A stretch of 64,000 nucleotides of DNA from Defluviicoccus sp. (GTDB lineage Bacteria; Pseudomonadota; Alphaproteobacteria; MPNO01): assembly GCA_028820505.1 (NCBI GenBank), contig JAPPIT010000117.1, positions 6,777-70,776 of the forward strand, given 5' to 3'. Shown here one piece after another: positions 30,226 through 40,047 of the stretch; position 1 is the stretch's first letter; each line of letters starts with the position of its first letter. A program made the translations under genes and the position numbers. The notes under the pieces were generated by a model. That model saw only the letters and a list, made by a program, of their open reading frames with translations. It was not told where the DNA came from and did no database searches.

Positions 30226-31716
30226 GTGGCCGAAACCGTTTCCGTAATCGAGACCGAACGCGAGACCCATCGCAGCCCGCCCGCGAATGTCGAAGCGGAG
30301 ATGGGTCTGCTCGGCGCGATCCTGATCAACAACCGGGCCTACGAACGGGTCTCGGAATTTCTCGCCGCCGAGCATTTCAGCGAGGAGTTCCACCGCCGCA
30401 TCTACAGCGCCTGCAAGACCCTGATCGAGCGCGGCCAGAAGGCCGATCCGACCACGCTCCGGAACTTCTTCGAGTCCGACGAGGTGTATCGCGCGATCGG
30501 CGGCGCGCCCTATGTCGCGCGGCTCGCCGCCAACGCGACCACGGTCATCAACGCCGCCGATTACGGGCGGCTGATCCACGACCTCCACCTTCGGCGCGAG
30601 CTGATCGAGCTCGGCACCGACATCGTCAACGACGCCTTCTCCGGCGATCTGGAGGTGACCGCCGCCGACCAGATCGAGACCGCCGAACAGGGCCTTTACG
30701 ACCTTGCGACCGCGGGCAGCTACGAGGGCGGTTTCCGCTCCCTGAAGGAGGCGGTCACCGAGGCGGTGAACATGGCCCAGGCCGCGTTCAAGCGCGACGG
30801 CAAGACCGTGGGCGTGCCGAGCGGTTTCACCCAGATCGACCTGATGCTCGGCGGGCTGCACAAGTCGGACCTGATCGTGCTGGCGGGACGCCCGTCGATG
30901 GGCAAGACGGCGCTCGCCACCAACATTGCCTTCAACGTCGCCCGCGCGGTCGGCGCCGAGGCGAAGGAGTCGCGGGAAAGCGCCCCGGTCGTCGGTTTCT
31001 ATTCGCTGGAAATGTCGGCCGAGCAGCTGGCGAACCGGATGGTCGCCGAACAGACGCAGATCGCTTCGGACAAGATTCGCCGCGGCGAGCTGAACGAGTC
31101 CCAGTTCGAAAAGCTCGTCCGGGCCAGCGGGGACCTCGAGAGCCTGTCCTTCTACATCGACGATACGCCCGCGCTCACCGTGTCGGCGCTCCGGACCCGC
31201 GCGCGCCGCCTCAAGCGCCAGCACGGGCTGGCGCTGCTGGTGGTCGATTACCTGCAGCTCGTCTCGGGCTCGAGGAACGCGCGCAACGAGAGCCGGGTCC
31301 AGGAGATTTCGGAGATCACGCGCGGCCTCAAGACCCTCGCCAAGGAGCTCGACGTCCCGGTGCTCGCGCTGTCCCAGCTCTCGCGCGCCGTCGAGAACCG
31401 CGAGGACAAACGGCCGCAGTTGGCCGACCTTCGCGAATCCGGGACGATCGAACAGGACGCCGACGTCGTCATGTTCATCTACCGCGAAGAATACTATCTG
31501 GGCCGGCAGGAGCCTTCGCAGCGCGCCGAAGAGGACCCGGAAAAGTTCGAGAAGCGGATGCAGCAGTGGAAGGACCGGAGCGAAGAGATGTCCGGCCTCG
31601 CGGAAGTCATCGTCGCCAAACAGCGGCACGGCCCGACGGGCCGCATCATGCTCCGCTTCTTCGCCGAGGTGACGAAGTTCGACAACCTGGAAGATCCGGA
31701 GGACCACGGCTACTGA
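30226..31716 (+). CDS. dnaB: Replicative DNA helicase
   Basis: AGRPSMGKT Walker A, SLEMS, VDYLQL, LSQLSRAVE, DLRESGTIEQDAD, AKQRHGP. Confidence 0.98.
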   Translation: MAETVSVIETERETHRSPPANVEAEMGLLGAILINNRAYERVSEFLAAEHFSEEFHRRIYSACKTLIERGQKADPTTLRNFFESDEVYRAIGGAPYVARLAANATTVINAADYGRLIHDLHLRRELIELGTDIVNDAFSGDLEVTAADQIETAEQGLYDLATAGSYEGGFRSLKEAVTEAVNMAQAAFKRDGKTVGVPSGFTQIDLMLGGLHKSDLIVLAGRPSMGKTALATNIAFNVARAVGAEAKESRESAPVVGFYSLEMSAEQLANRMVAEQTQIASDKIRRGELNESQFEKLVRASGDLESLSFYIDDTPALTVSALRTRARRLKRQHGLALLVVDYLQLVSGSRNARNESRVQEISEITRGLKTLAKELDVPVLALSQLSRAVENREDKRPQLADLRESGTIEQDADVVMFIYREEYYLGRQEPSQRAEEDPEKFEKRMQQWKDRSEEMSGLAEVIVAKQRHGPTGRIMLRFFAEVTKFDNLEDPEDHGY

Positions 31717-31742
31717 ACGCCGGCCCCACCGACCGCGCGTGG

Positions 31743-32834
31743 ATGACCGTCGACCTCGATGCGGTCGCGGAGAATTGGCGCGCGCTCGCCGGCCGCGCGG
31801 CAGGTGCGGAGTGCGCCGCGGTGGTCAAGGCGGACGCCTACGGGCTGGGCGCCGCCGAGGTCGGCCCCGCGCTGAGCCGGGCTGGATGCCGGACGTTCTT
31901 CGTCGCCTGCCCGCGGGAGGGCATCGCGCTCAGGCAGGCGCTCGCGGAAGCATCGGCGGAAATCTTCGTCCTGGACGGCCATGTGAAGGGCGAAACGGCG
32001 CGCTACGACCGCCACGCGCTGACGCCGGTCCTGGGCACGCTGGAAGGGGTGGCGATCTGGTCCCGGCACGCGCGCGACCGGGGCGGCCGGCGCGCGGCGC
32101 TGATGCTGGACACGGGCATGACCCGGCTCGGTATCGGCGCGTCGGACGCAGGTCTCTTCGCGGCCGAACCCGACCGGCTCGCGGGAATCGGGATCGCCTG
32201 CGCGATGAGCCACCTCGCATGCGCCGATACGCCGTCCCATCCCCTCAACGCCCGTCAGAAAGCGGCCTTCGACACGATGCGGGCGGCTCTTCCGGCCGCG
32301 CCGGCCTCTTTCGCCAATTCCGCCGGGATCTTTCTCGGACCGGACTTCCATTACGACCTGGTTCGCCCGGGGGCGGCGCTCTACGGGCTCTCCGTCGTCC
32401 CGGGACGGCCGAACGCGATGAAGCGCGCCGTCCGGCTGCAGGCGAGGATCCTGCAGACCCGGTTCGTTGACACCGAAACACCCGTTGGATACGGTGCCGA
32501 CCGCCTGATCGCCGCCGGCTCCACGCTCGCCACGATAGCGATGGGCTACGCCGACGGGCTGCCGCGCGCCCTGGGCGATCGCGGCGGCGGGCGCATCGCG
32601 GGCAGGACGGTGCCGCTCGTCGGACGGGTTTCCATGGATCTCGCCACCCTTGACGTAACCGGAGCAACGCCCGACCTCGTGCGCCCGGGCCTCGCCGTCG
32701 ACCTCATCGACGACGATCACGACGCGGACGCGCTCGCCGCCGAGGCGGGCACGATCGGCTACGAGATTCTGGCGCGGATCGGGGGTCGCGTGCGGCGCGT
32801 CTATCGCGGCGGCGGCAACGGTTCCCACGCATGA
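31743..32834 (+). CDS. alr: Alanine racemase
   Basis: AVVKADAYGLG (PLP Lys), DTGMTRLG, MSHLACAD, ANSAG, VRPG, GYADG, VGRVSMD, GTIGYE. May start at CTG 31713. Confidence 0.96.
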   Translation: MTVDLDAVAENWRALAGRAAGAECAAVVKADAYGLGAAEVGPALSRAGCRTFFVACPREGIALRQALAEASAEIFVLDGHVKGETARYDRHALTPVLGTLEGVAIWSRHARDRGGRRAALMLDTGMTRLGIGASDAGLFAAEPDRLAGIGIACAMSHLACADTPSHPLNARQKAAFDTMRAALPAAPASFANSAGIFLGPDFHYDLVRPGAALYGLSVVPGRPNAMKRAVRLQARILQTRFVDTETPVGYGADRLIAAGSTLATIAMGYADGLPRALGDRGGGRIAGRTVPLVGRVSMDLATLDVTGATPDLVRPGLAVDLIDDDHDADALAAEAGTIGYEILARIGGRVRRVYRGGGNGSHA

Positions 32835-33604
32835 ACGCGGTGGCCTCGGTCGGGCGCGCGACGCTCAATTTCCTCGCCGCCACCGGCCGCCTGACGCTGT
32901 TTGCCGGTACGGGCGCCATGCACTGCGTCCGCCCGCCGTTCCACTTCCGCCTGATCGGCCGCCAGATGATCGAGGTGGGGTATTACTCCCTGCCGGTGGT
33001 CGGGCTGACGGCGCTGTTCACCGGCATGGTGCTGGCGCTTCAGAGTTACAGCGGATTTTCGCGCTTCAACGCCGAGAGCGCGGTCGCGGTCATCGTAGTG
33101 CTGTCCATCACTCGCGAGCTCGCCCCGGTATTCGCGGGGCTGATGGTGGCCGGCCGGATCGGCGCCGCGATGGCGGCCGAGATCGGCACCATGCGGGTCA
33201 CGGAGCAGATCGACGCGCTGACCGCGCTCTCCACCAACCCGTTCAAGTATCTCGTGGCGCCGCGTCTCATCGCCGGCACGCTCACCCTGCCGCTCTGCGT
33301 GCTGGCGGCCGACGTGATCGGCGTGTTCGGGGGGTATCTGCTGGCGGTCAACAAGCTCGGCTTCAACACGTCGGTCTATCTCAAGAGCACGTTCCAGTAT
33401 CTCGAGGTCCTCGACGTGGTTTCGGGCCTGGTCAAGGCGGCGGTGTTCGGCTTCCTGATCGCGCTGATGGGGTGCTACCACGGCTACCACTCGCGGGGCG
33501 GCGCGCAAGGCGTGGGGACGGCGACGACCAACGCGGTCGTGTCCGCATCGGTGCTGATCCTCGCGTTCAACTATCTGATCACCGAGGCGTTCTTCGCGCG
33601 ATGA
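32831..33604 (+). CDS. mlaE: MlaE-family ABC permease
   Basis: RELAPV, GRIGAAMAAEIGTMRVTEQIDAL, GGAQGVGTATTNAVV. Confidence 0.93.
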   Translation: MNAVASVGRATLNFLAATGRLTLFAGTGAMHCVRPPFHFRLIGRQMIEVGYYSLPVVGLTALFTGMVLALQSYSGFSRFNAESAVAVIVVLSITRELAPVFAGLMVAGRIGAAMAAEIGTMRVTEQIDALTALSTNPFKYLVAPRLIAGTLTLPLCVLAADVIGVFGGYLLAVNKLGFNTSVYLKSTFQYLEVLDVVSGLVKAAVFGFLIALMGCYHGYHSRGGAQGVGTATTNAVVSASVLILAFNYLITEAFFAR

Positions 33605-34401
33605 CCGAGGACCGGACGGCGGCGACCGCGGCGGCTCCGGCGATCCGGATACGGGGCCTGTGCAAGGCGTTCGGAAACAACCGCGTGCTCCACGGACTCG
33701 ATCTCGACATCGGACGGGGCGAGTCCCTGGCGGTGATCGGCACATCGGGAACCGGGAAATCGGTCCTGGTCAAGAACGTCATCGGCCTCATTCGGCCGGA
33801 CTCGGGCAGCATCGAGATCGACGGCGTTGAAACCGTCGGACTCACGGGCAGCGCGCGGGACCGGGTTCTCGCCACGTTCGGCGTGCTGTTCCAGGGGGCG
33901 GCGCTGTTCGACAGCATGACGGTTTGGGAGAACGTGGCGTTCGGCCTCGTCCACAACCGCGGCATGCCCCGGCGCGAGGCGCGCGAGGCCGCGATCGCCA
34001 AGCTGGCGCAGGTGGGGCTCGGCCGCGCCCAGGCGGACCGCTACCCGGCGGATCTCTCGGGCGGCATGCAGAAGCGGGTCGGCCTCGCTCGCGCGATCGC
34101 CGCCGAGCCGCAAATCCTGTTCTTCGACGAACCCACGACCGGGCTCGGTCCGATCATGGGCGAAATCATCAACGACCTGATCGTGGAATGCGTGCGGGGC
34201 CTGGGCGCGACCGCGCTCACCATTACCCACGACATGGCGAGCGCGCGCAAGATCGCGGACCGGATCGCGATGATCCACGGCGGCAGGATCATCTGGGCCG
34301 GTTCCGCCGGAGAGATCGAAGAGAGCGGCAACGCGACGGTCGACCAGTTCATCCACGGCCGGACGGAAGGTCCGATCCGTACCACCGTCCACGCGGCCTG
34401 A
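33601..34401 (+). CDS. mlaF: MlaF-family ABC ATP-binding protein
   Basis: GTSGTGKS, FQGAALFDSMTV, LSGGMQKRVGLARA, FFDEPTTGL, ITHD. Confidence 0.92.
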   Translation: MTEDRTAATAAAPAIRIRGLCKAFGNNRVLHGLDLDIGRGESLAVIGTSGTGKSVLVKNVIGLIRPDSGSIEIDGVETVGLTGSARDRVLATFGVLFQGAALFDSMTVWENVAFGLVHNRGMPRREAREAAIAKLAQVGLGRAQADRYPADLSGGMQKRVGLARAIAAEPQILFFDEPTTGLGPIMGEIINDLIVECVRGLGATALTITHDMASARKIADRIAMIHGGRIIWAGSAGEIEESGNATVDQFIHGRTEGPIRTTVHAA

Positions 34402-34425
34402 GACCGGCCGCGGGAGGCATCGAGA

Positions 34426-35832
34426 ATGGCCCGTCAGGCCAGCCGGTATGTCTGCCAGGAATGCGGCGCCGTCTTCCCCAAGTGGAGCGGCAGGTGCGAC
34501 GCCTGCGGCGAATGGAACTCCATCGTCGAGGAGCAGGCCCGCCCCTCCGCGCCCCGCGGTCTGGGCGCGGGGCAGGGAACGGCGATCGACTTCGTTCCGC
34601 TCGCCGGAAGCGACTCGGATGCGCCCCGGCTCGCCAGCGGCATCGCGGAATTCGACCGCGTCACCGGGGGCGGGCTGGTCGGCGGCTCGGCGCTGCTCGT
34701 CGGGGGCGATCCGGGCATCGGCAAGTCGACCATGCTGCTGCAGGTCGCGGGGGCGCTCGCCCGGGCGGTGCCGGCGGTCTACATTTCGGGCGAGGAGGCG
34801 ATCGACCAGATCCGCCTGCGCGCCCGGCGGCTCGGCCTCGGCGACGCCCCGGTGGGCCTCGCCGCCGCGACCAGCGTCCGCGACATCGCCACCACCCTCG
34901 AGAGCGGCGAGGCGCCGCGGGCGGTGGTGGTCGATTCGATCCAGACGATGTATGTCGACACGCTGGAATCCGCGCCCGGAACGGTAGCCCAGGTCCGCGC
35001 CAGCGCGCAGGAGCTGATCCAGCTCGCGAAGCGCCGCGGTTTCTGCCTGCTGCTGGTCGGACACGTCACCAAGGACGGATCCATCGCGGGTCCGCGGGTG
35101 CTCGAACACATGGTCGACGGCGTGTTCTATTTCGAAGGCAGGAGCGGACACGAATTCCGCGTGCTGCGCGGCCTGAAGAACCGTTTCGGCCCGACCGACG
35201 AGATCGGCGTGTTCGAGATGACGGGAAGCGGCCTGGTCGAGGTCGCCAACCCCTCGGCGCTGTTCCTCGCCGAGCGCCAGGACGACGTTCCGGGCGCCGC
35301 CGTCTTCGCCGGGATGGAGGGGACCCGCCCGGTCCTGGTCGAAATCCAGGCTCTGGTCGCCCCCTCGCCGCTCGCCGCGCCGCGGCGCGCGGTCGTGGGC
35401 TGGGATTCGGCGAGGCTCGCCATGGTGCTCGCGGTGCTGGAGACCCGCTGCGGGATCGGTCTTGCCGGCCGCGACGTCTATCTCAACGTCGCGGGGGGCA
35501 TGCGGATCGCAGAGCCCGCCGCCGATCTGGCGGTGGCCGGCGCGGTGCTGTCGGCCGCCTCCGGCCGGCCGCCGCCGCCGGAGGCCGTCATGTTCGGCGA
35601 AGTCGGCCTGGGCGGAGAGGTGCGCGGCGTCGGCCGCCCGGCGCTCAGGCTGCGCGAGGCGGCCAAGCTCGGTTTCTCGCGGGCTATCGCGCCGGCGCGC
35701 GGCAACGGCGAGCCGCCGCCCGGGACGGGTATCGAGGTCACGCATATCGGCCATCTGAACGACCTCGTGGCGATGTTCGGACCGCCCCGCCCGGCGCGCG
35801 ACGCGGACTGGCCGCAGCGGCAGGAGGCTTGA
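34426..35832 (+). CDS. radA: DNA repair protein RadA/Sms
   Basis: Zn finger CQECG..CDACG, GDPGIGKST, KNRFG motif, Lon-like C-terminus. Confidence 0.98.
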   Translation: MARQASRYVCQECGAVFPKWSGRCDACGEWNSIVEEQARPSAPRGLGAGQGTAIDFVPLAGSDSDAPRLASGIAEFDRVTGGGLVGGSALLVGGDPGIGKSTMLLQVAGALARAVPAVYISGEEAIDQIRLRARRLGLGDAPVGLAAATSVRDIATTLESGEAPRAVVVDSIQTMYVDTLESAPGTVAQVRASAQELIQLAKRRGFCLLLVGHVTKDGSIAGPRVLEHMVDGVFYFEGRSGHEFRVLRGLKNRFGPTDEIGVFEMTGSGLVEVANPSALFLAERQDDVPGAAVFAGMEGTRPVLVEIQALVAPSPLAAPRRAVVGWDSARLAMVLAVLETRCGIGLAGRDVYLNVAGGMRIAEPAADLAVAGAVLSAASGRPPPPEAVMFGEVGLGGEVRGVGRPALRLREAAKLGFSRAIAPARGNGEPPPGTGIEVTHIGHLNDLVAMFGPPRPARDADWPQRQEA

Positions 35833-35833
35833 C

Positions 35834-36490
35834 GTGTCCCCGCTCGATCTCGCGGTGATCGCGGTCGTCGTCCTGGGCGGGCTGCTCGGGCTGTGGCTCG
35901 GCGTGGTCCGCGTGCTGCTGGGCATCGGCAGCTGGATCGGCGCGGCGATCCTGACGGTGTACGGCTTGCCGCTGCTTCGACCAACCGCGCGGGGCTGGAT
36001 CGAAAGCCCCCTCCTCGCCGATCTCGCGGCCGGCGGCGCCGTCTTTCTGGTCGGGCTTGTGGTCTTCACGATCCTCACGCATATGGTTGCGGAGAGAGTG
36101 CGGGGAACCGCGCTGGGCGCGGTCGACCGCTCCCTCGGCCTGGTGGCCGGGCTGGCGCTCGGAATCGTGATAACCTCGGGCGGTTACCTGGTGGCGGAAC
36201 GCCTGCTCGAATTTCCGGCCCGCGAGAGCGAACGCCCGGAATGGCTGCAGGGTTCCCGGACCGCGCCGCTGCTGGGATGGACCGCGCGCTCGCTGATTTC
36301 CCTGCTGCCGGAAGAGTGGCGCCAGGCCAGCGGGACGGCGGACATCGCACCGGCGGCGCCGACCGATGCCGGGGAGGATGCGAAGCGGCTGATGACACCG
36401 GTTCCGGAGAAACCGGAGCGGAAGGAAAAGTCCGGCTACAGCAAGGACGAGCGGCGCGAGATGGACCGCCTCTTCAACGCCAACCAATGA
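35834..36490 (+). CDS. cvpA: CvpA family protein
   Basis: Hydrophobic 4-TM protein with a DRSLG motif, directly upstream of purF. Confidence 0.88.
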   Translation: MSPLDLAVIAVVVLGGLLGLWLGVVRVLLGIGSWIGAAILTVYGLPLLRPTARGWIESPLLADLAAGGAVFLVGLVVFTILTHMVAERVRGTALGAVDRSLGLVAGLALGIVITSGGYLVAERLLEFPARESERPEWLQGSRTAPLLGWTARSLISLLPEEWRQASGTADIAPAAPTDAGEDAKRLMTPVPEKPERKEKSGYSKDERREMDRLFNANQ

Positions 36491-37956
36491 CCGTGGCGCG
36501 CATGGCCGTTCGCACGGACGAGACCGACGATAAGCCGCGCGAGGAATGCGGCGTGTTCGGCGTGTGGAACCACGCGGACGCCGCCGCGCTGACCGCGCTC
36601 GGCCTGCACGCGCTCCAGCACCGGGGACAGGAAGCGGCCGGGATCGTCTCCTTCGACGGCGAGCGGTTCCACAGCCACCACGCGCCCGGCGAGGTGGGCG
36701 AGAATTTCAGCGACGAAGCGGTGATCCGGCGTCTTCCGGGCGACCGGGCGATGGGTCACAACCGCTATTCGACCACCGGAGAGGCGGTGCTGCGCAACAT
36801 CCAGCCCTTGTTCGCGGACCTGTCCTCGGGCGGTTTCGCGATCGGGCATAACGGCAACCTCACCAACGCGCGACGCATCCGCCGCGCGCTGGTGGAGCGC
36901 GGATGCCTGTTCCATTCCACCACCGACACGGAGGTCATCGTCCACCTGATCGCGACCTCGTCGAAGGATTCGCTGGTGGACCGGCTGGTGGACGCGCTGA
37001 ATCAGATCGTCGGCGCCTATTCCCTCGTCGCGATGACCAACACGGCGCTGATCGGCGTCCGCGACCCGCTCGGCGTGCGGCCCCTGGTGCTGGGGCGGAT
37101 CGGGGAGGGCTGGATCCTCGCCTCGGAGACCTGCGCGCTCGACATCATCGGCGCCGAATATGTGCGCGACATCGAGCCGGGCGAGATCGTGACGATCGGC
37201 GCGGCGGGCGTGGAGAGCTTCGCCCCCTTCGCGCCCCGCCCGACGCGGTTCTGCGTGTTCGAATACATCTACTTTTCCCGGCCCGACTCGACGGTCGATT
37301 CGGTCAACGTGTACGAGGCGCGCTGCCGCATCGGCGAACAGCTCGCCCGCGAGCAGCCGGTCGAGGCCGACCTGGTGATCCCGATCCCGGACTCCGGCGT
37401 GCCGGCGGCGCTTGGCTACGCCCGCGAGGCCGCGATCCCCTACGAGATCGGCATCATCCGCAACCACTATGTCGGGCGCACCTTCATCGAGCCGAGCGAC
37501 CGCATCCGCCACCTCGGCGTCAAGCTCAAGCACAACGCGAACCGCAACCTGATCCGCGGCAAGCGGGTGATCCTGGTCGACGACAGCATCGTCCGCGGCA
37601 CGACATCGACCAAGATCGTCGAGATGGTGCGCAACGCGGGCGCGGCGGAAGTCCACATGCGAATCGCGTCGCCGCCGACCACCCATTCCTGCTTTTACGG
37701 CGTGGATACGCCGGAACGGAGCGAGCTCCTCGCGGCGCGCCACGATGTCGAGGAGATGATGCGGCTCATCGGCGTCGACAGCCTCGCCTATCTCTCCCTC
37801 GACGGGCTCTATCGCGCGCTGGGGGAGCCGGGCCGCGACGAGACGGCGCCCAGGTTCTGCGATGCCTGCTTTTCCGGCAACTATCCCATCGCCCTCGTCG
37901 ACCGCCACGGAGGAGACACCGACGGCCAGCTCTCGCTGCTCGCGGAGACGCGCTGA
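36487..37956 (+). CDS. purF: Amidophosphoribosyltransferase
   Basis: Propeptide then CGVFG, ALQHRGQE, GHNRYST, HNGNL, VDDSIVRGTT PRPP motif. Confidence 0.98.
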   Translation: MTVARMAVRTDETDDKPREECGVFGVWNHADAAALTALGLHALQHRGQEAAGIVSFDGERFHSHHAPGEVGENFSDEAVIRRLPGDRAMGHNRYSTTGEAVLRNIQPLFADLSSGGFAIGHNGNLTNARRIRRALVERGCLFHSTTDTEVIVHLIATSSKDSLVDRLVDALNQIVGAYSLVAMTNTALIGVRDPLGVRPLVLGRIGEGWILASETCALDIIGAEYVRDIEPGEIVTIGAAGVESFAPFAPRPTRFCVFEYIYFSRPDSTVDSVNVYEARCRIGEQLAREQPVEADLVIPIPDSGVPAALGYAREAAIPYEIGIIRNHYVGRTFIEPSDRIRHLGVKLKHNANRNLIRGKRVILVDDSIVRGTTSTKIVEMVRNAGAAEVHMRIASPPTTHSCFYGVDTPERSELLAARHDVEEMMRLIGVDSLAYLSLDGLYRALGEPGRDETAPRFCDACFSGNYPIALVDRHGGDTDGQLSLLAETR

Positions 37957-38679
37957 ATGGCGGCGCCGCCGCGTCTCGAGGGGCGCGTCGCGCTGATCAC
38001 CGGCGCATCGCGCGGGATCGGCGCCGCGGTCGCGCGCCGCTTCGCCGCCGAGGGGGCGAGGCCGGTGCTGGCGGCGCGCAGCGTGGGCGGGCTGGAGGAG
38101 GTCGACGACGAGATCCGGGCGGCTTCGGGCGGCGCCCGGTCGGCCACCCTGGTGGAGGCGGACCTGGCGGAAGCGAGCGCCGCCGACAGGCTGGCCGCCG
38201 CCATCTCGGAGCGTTTCGGCCGCCTCGACATCCTGGTCGCGAACGCCGGGATGCTGGGGACGCTGGGCCCCGTGCACCAGATCGACCCGAAGGAATGGGA
38301 CCGGGTACTCGCGGTCAATCTCAGCGCCAATTTCCGCCTGATCCGCGCCTTCGATCCGGTCCTGCGCGCCGTCGAGGCGGGCCGCGCGATCTTCGTCGGC
38401 TCCGGCGCGGGCCGGGGCGCGCGCCCTTACTGGGGAAGCTACGCGGTCTCCAAGGCGGGGCTGGAGACGATGGCGCTTTCCTGGGCGGCGGAGACCGCGA
38501 GGACGCGGCTTCGCGTCAACGTCGTCGACCCCGGCGGCACGCGAACCGCGATGCGCGCCGCGGCCTATCCCGGCGAGGACCCCGAAACGCTCAGGCCGCC
38601 GGAAGCGCTCGGCGACATCTTCGTCGAACTCGCCGCCGCCGACTGCGCGCGGCACGGCGAGGTGGTGCGCGCGTACTGA
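37957..38679 (+). CDS. SDR family oxidoreductase (YciK-like)
   Basis: TGASRGIG, NAG, YAVSK catalytic motif, RTAMRAAAYPGED. Confidence 0.92.
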   Translation: MAAPPRLEGRVALITGASRGIGAAVARRFAAEGARPVLAARSVGGLEEVDDEIRAASGGARSATLVEADLAEASAADRLAAAISERFGRLDILVANAGMLGTLGPVHQIDPKEWDRVLAVNLSANFRLIRAFDPVLRAVEAGRAIFVGSGAGRGARPYWGSYAVSKAGLETMALSWAAETARTRLRVNVVDPGGTRTAMRAAAYPGEDPETLRPPEALGDIFVELAAADCARHGEVVRAY

Positions 38680-38694
38680 GCCCGCCGCCGGCGA

Positions 38695-40047
38695 TCACGT
38701 CCTCCCTTCCGCCACGTAGGGATTCCTGCCCTTGCGCAGCGCGATCCGGATCGGGACTCCGGCCAGGCCGAAATCGTCCCGCAAGCCGTTGGTCAGATAG
38801 CGCAGGTAGGACTCGGGAACCGCCGCGGGGCGCGTGGTGAAGAGCGCGAAGGTGGGAGGCCGCGCCTTGACCTGGGTGATGTAGCGCAGCCTCAGCCGGC
38901 GCCCGTCGATGATCGGCGGCGGGTGGCGGTCGACCGCTTCGGCGAACCAGCGGTTGAGCGGTCCCGTGTCGACCCGCCGGTTCCACACCTCGTAGATCTC
39001 GAACGCCTTGGGCAACAGCCCGTTCACCCCGCGCCCGTCGAGCGCGGAGAGGGCGAGCACGGGGATTCCCCGGACCTGGGGCAGCGAACGCTCGAGCCGG
39101 TCGCCGATCTGGCGCATCCGGCCGTTCCGGTCTTCGACCGCGTCCCACTTGTTGACGGCCAGCACCATCGCGCGGCCTTCCTCCGCGATCTGCCGCGCGA
39201 TGGCGAGATCGTTCTTTTCCAGCCCCTCGAGCCCGTCCACCAGCAAGACCGCGACATGCGCGAAGCGTATCGCGTTCGCCGTGTCGGCGGCGGTCAGGCG
39301 CTCCAGGCGCTCGCTGACCCGGGCCTTGCGGCGGAGCCCCGCGGTGTCGACCAGCCTTATGTCGCGCTCGCGCCAGGACCAGTCGACCCAGATCGAGTCC
39401 CGGGTGACGCCGGGCTCGGGGCCGGTGAGGACCCGCTCGTCGCCCAGCAACCGGTTGACCAGCGTCGACTTGCCGACATTGGGCCGCCCGACGATCGCGA
39501 GGTTGAGCGGGCCGTCCCCGGCACCGGCCGCTTCGCCCTCTCCCGGGCCGGCCGCTTCGGCGTGCGGCGCGATGACGTCGTAGAGCGCGGAGAGCCCCTC
39601 CCCGTGCTCGGCCGAGATCGGCACCGGCTCGCCGAGGCCGAGCCCGTAGGCCTCGATCAGCCCCGCCGCGCCGGCGCCGCCCTCGCACTTGTTCGCCGCC
39701 AGCACGACCGGCTTCGAGACTCGCCGCAGCATGTCCGCGAAATGGGAGTCGAGCGGCGTGACCCCGGCGCGCGCGTCGATCAGCATCATCAGCACGTCGG
39801 CTTCGTCGATGGCGCGCGCGGTCTGGGCCTGCATGCGCCCGGTCAGGGTTTCGCCGCGCTCGTCCTCCAGCCCCGCGGTGTCGATTGCCCTGAAGGACAG
39901 GCCTAGGAGGCTGCCCTCGCCCTCGCGGCGGTCGCGGGTCACGCCGGGCGTCGGGTGCACCAGGGCCTGGCGTCGGCCGACGAGGCGGTTGAAAAGGGTC
40001 GACTTGCCGACATTGGGCCGCCCGACGATGGCGACGGTGAACGGCAT
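38695..40047 (-). CDS. der: Ribosome biogenesis GTPase Der (EngA)
   Basis: Two GRPNVGKS / DTAG / NKxD-like G domains plus a KH-like C-terminus. Confidence 0.98.
   Translation of the reverse strand: MPFTVAIVGRPNVGKSTLFNRLVGRRQALVHPTPGVTRDRREGEGSLLGLSFRAIDTAGLEDERGETLTGRMQAQTARAIDEADVLMMLIDARAGVTPLDSHFADMLRRVSKPVVLAANKCEGGAGAAGLIEAYGLGLGEPVPISAEHGEGLSALYDVIAPHAEAAGPGEGEAAGAGDGPLNLAIVGRPNVGKSTLVNRLLGDERVLTGPEPGVTRDSIWVDWSWRERDIRLVDTAGLRRKARVSERLERLTAADTANAIRFAHVAVLLVDGLEGLEKNDLAIARQIAEEGRAMVLAVNKWDAVEDRNGRMRQIGDRLERSLPQVRGIPVLALSALDGRGVNGLLPKAFEIYEVWNRRVDTGPLNRWFAEAVDRHPPPIIDGRRLRLRYITQVKARPPTFALFTTRPAAVPESYLRYLTNGLRDDFGLAGVPIRIALRKGRNPYVAEGRT

Noticed and set aside
32831-34401. mlaEF without mlaD as an incomplete system
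   Set aside because: A split arrangement with mlaD elsewhere is common in alphaproteobacteria.
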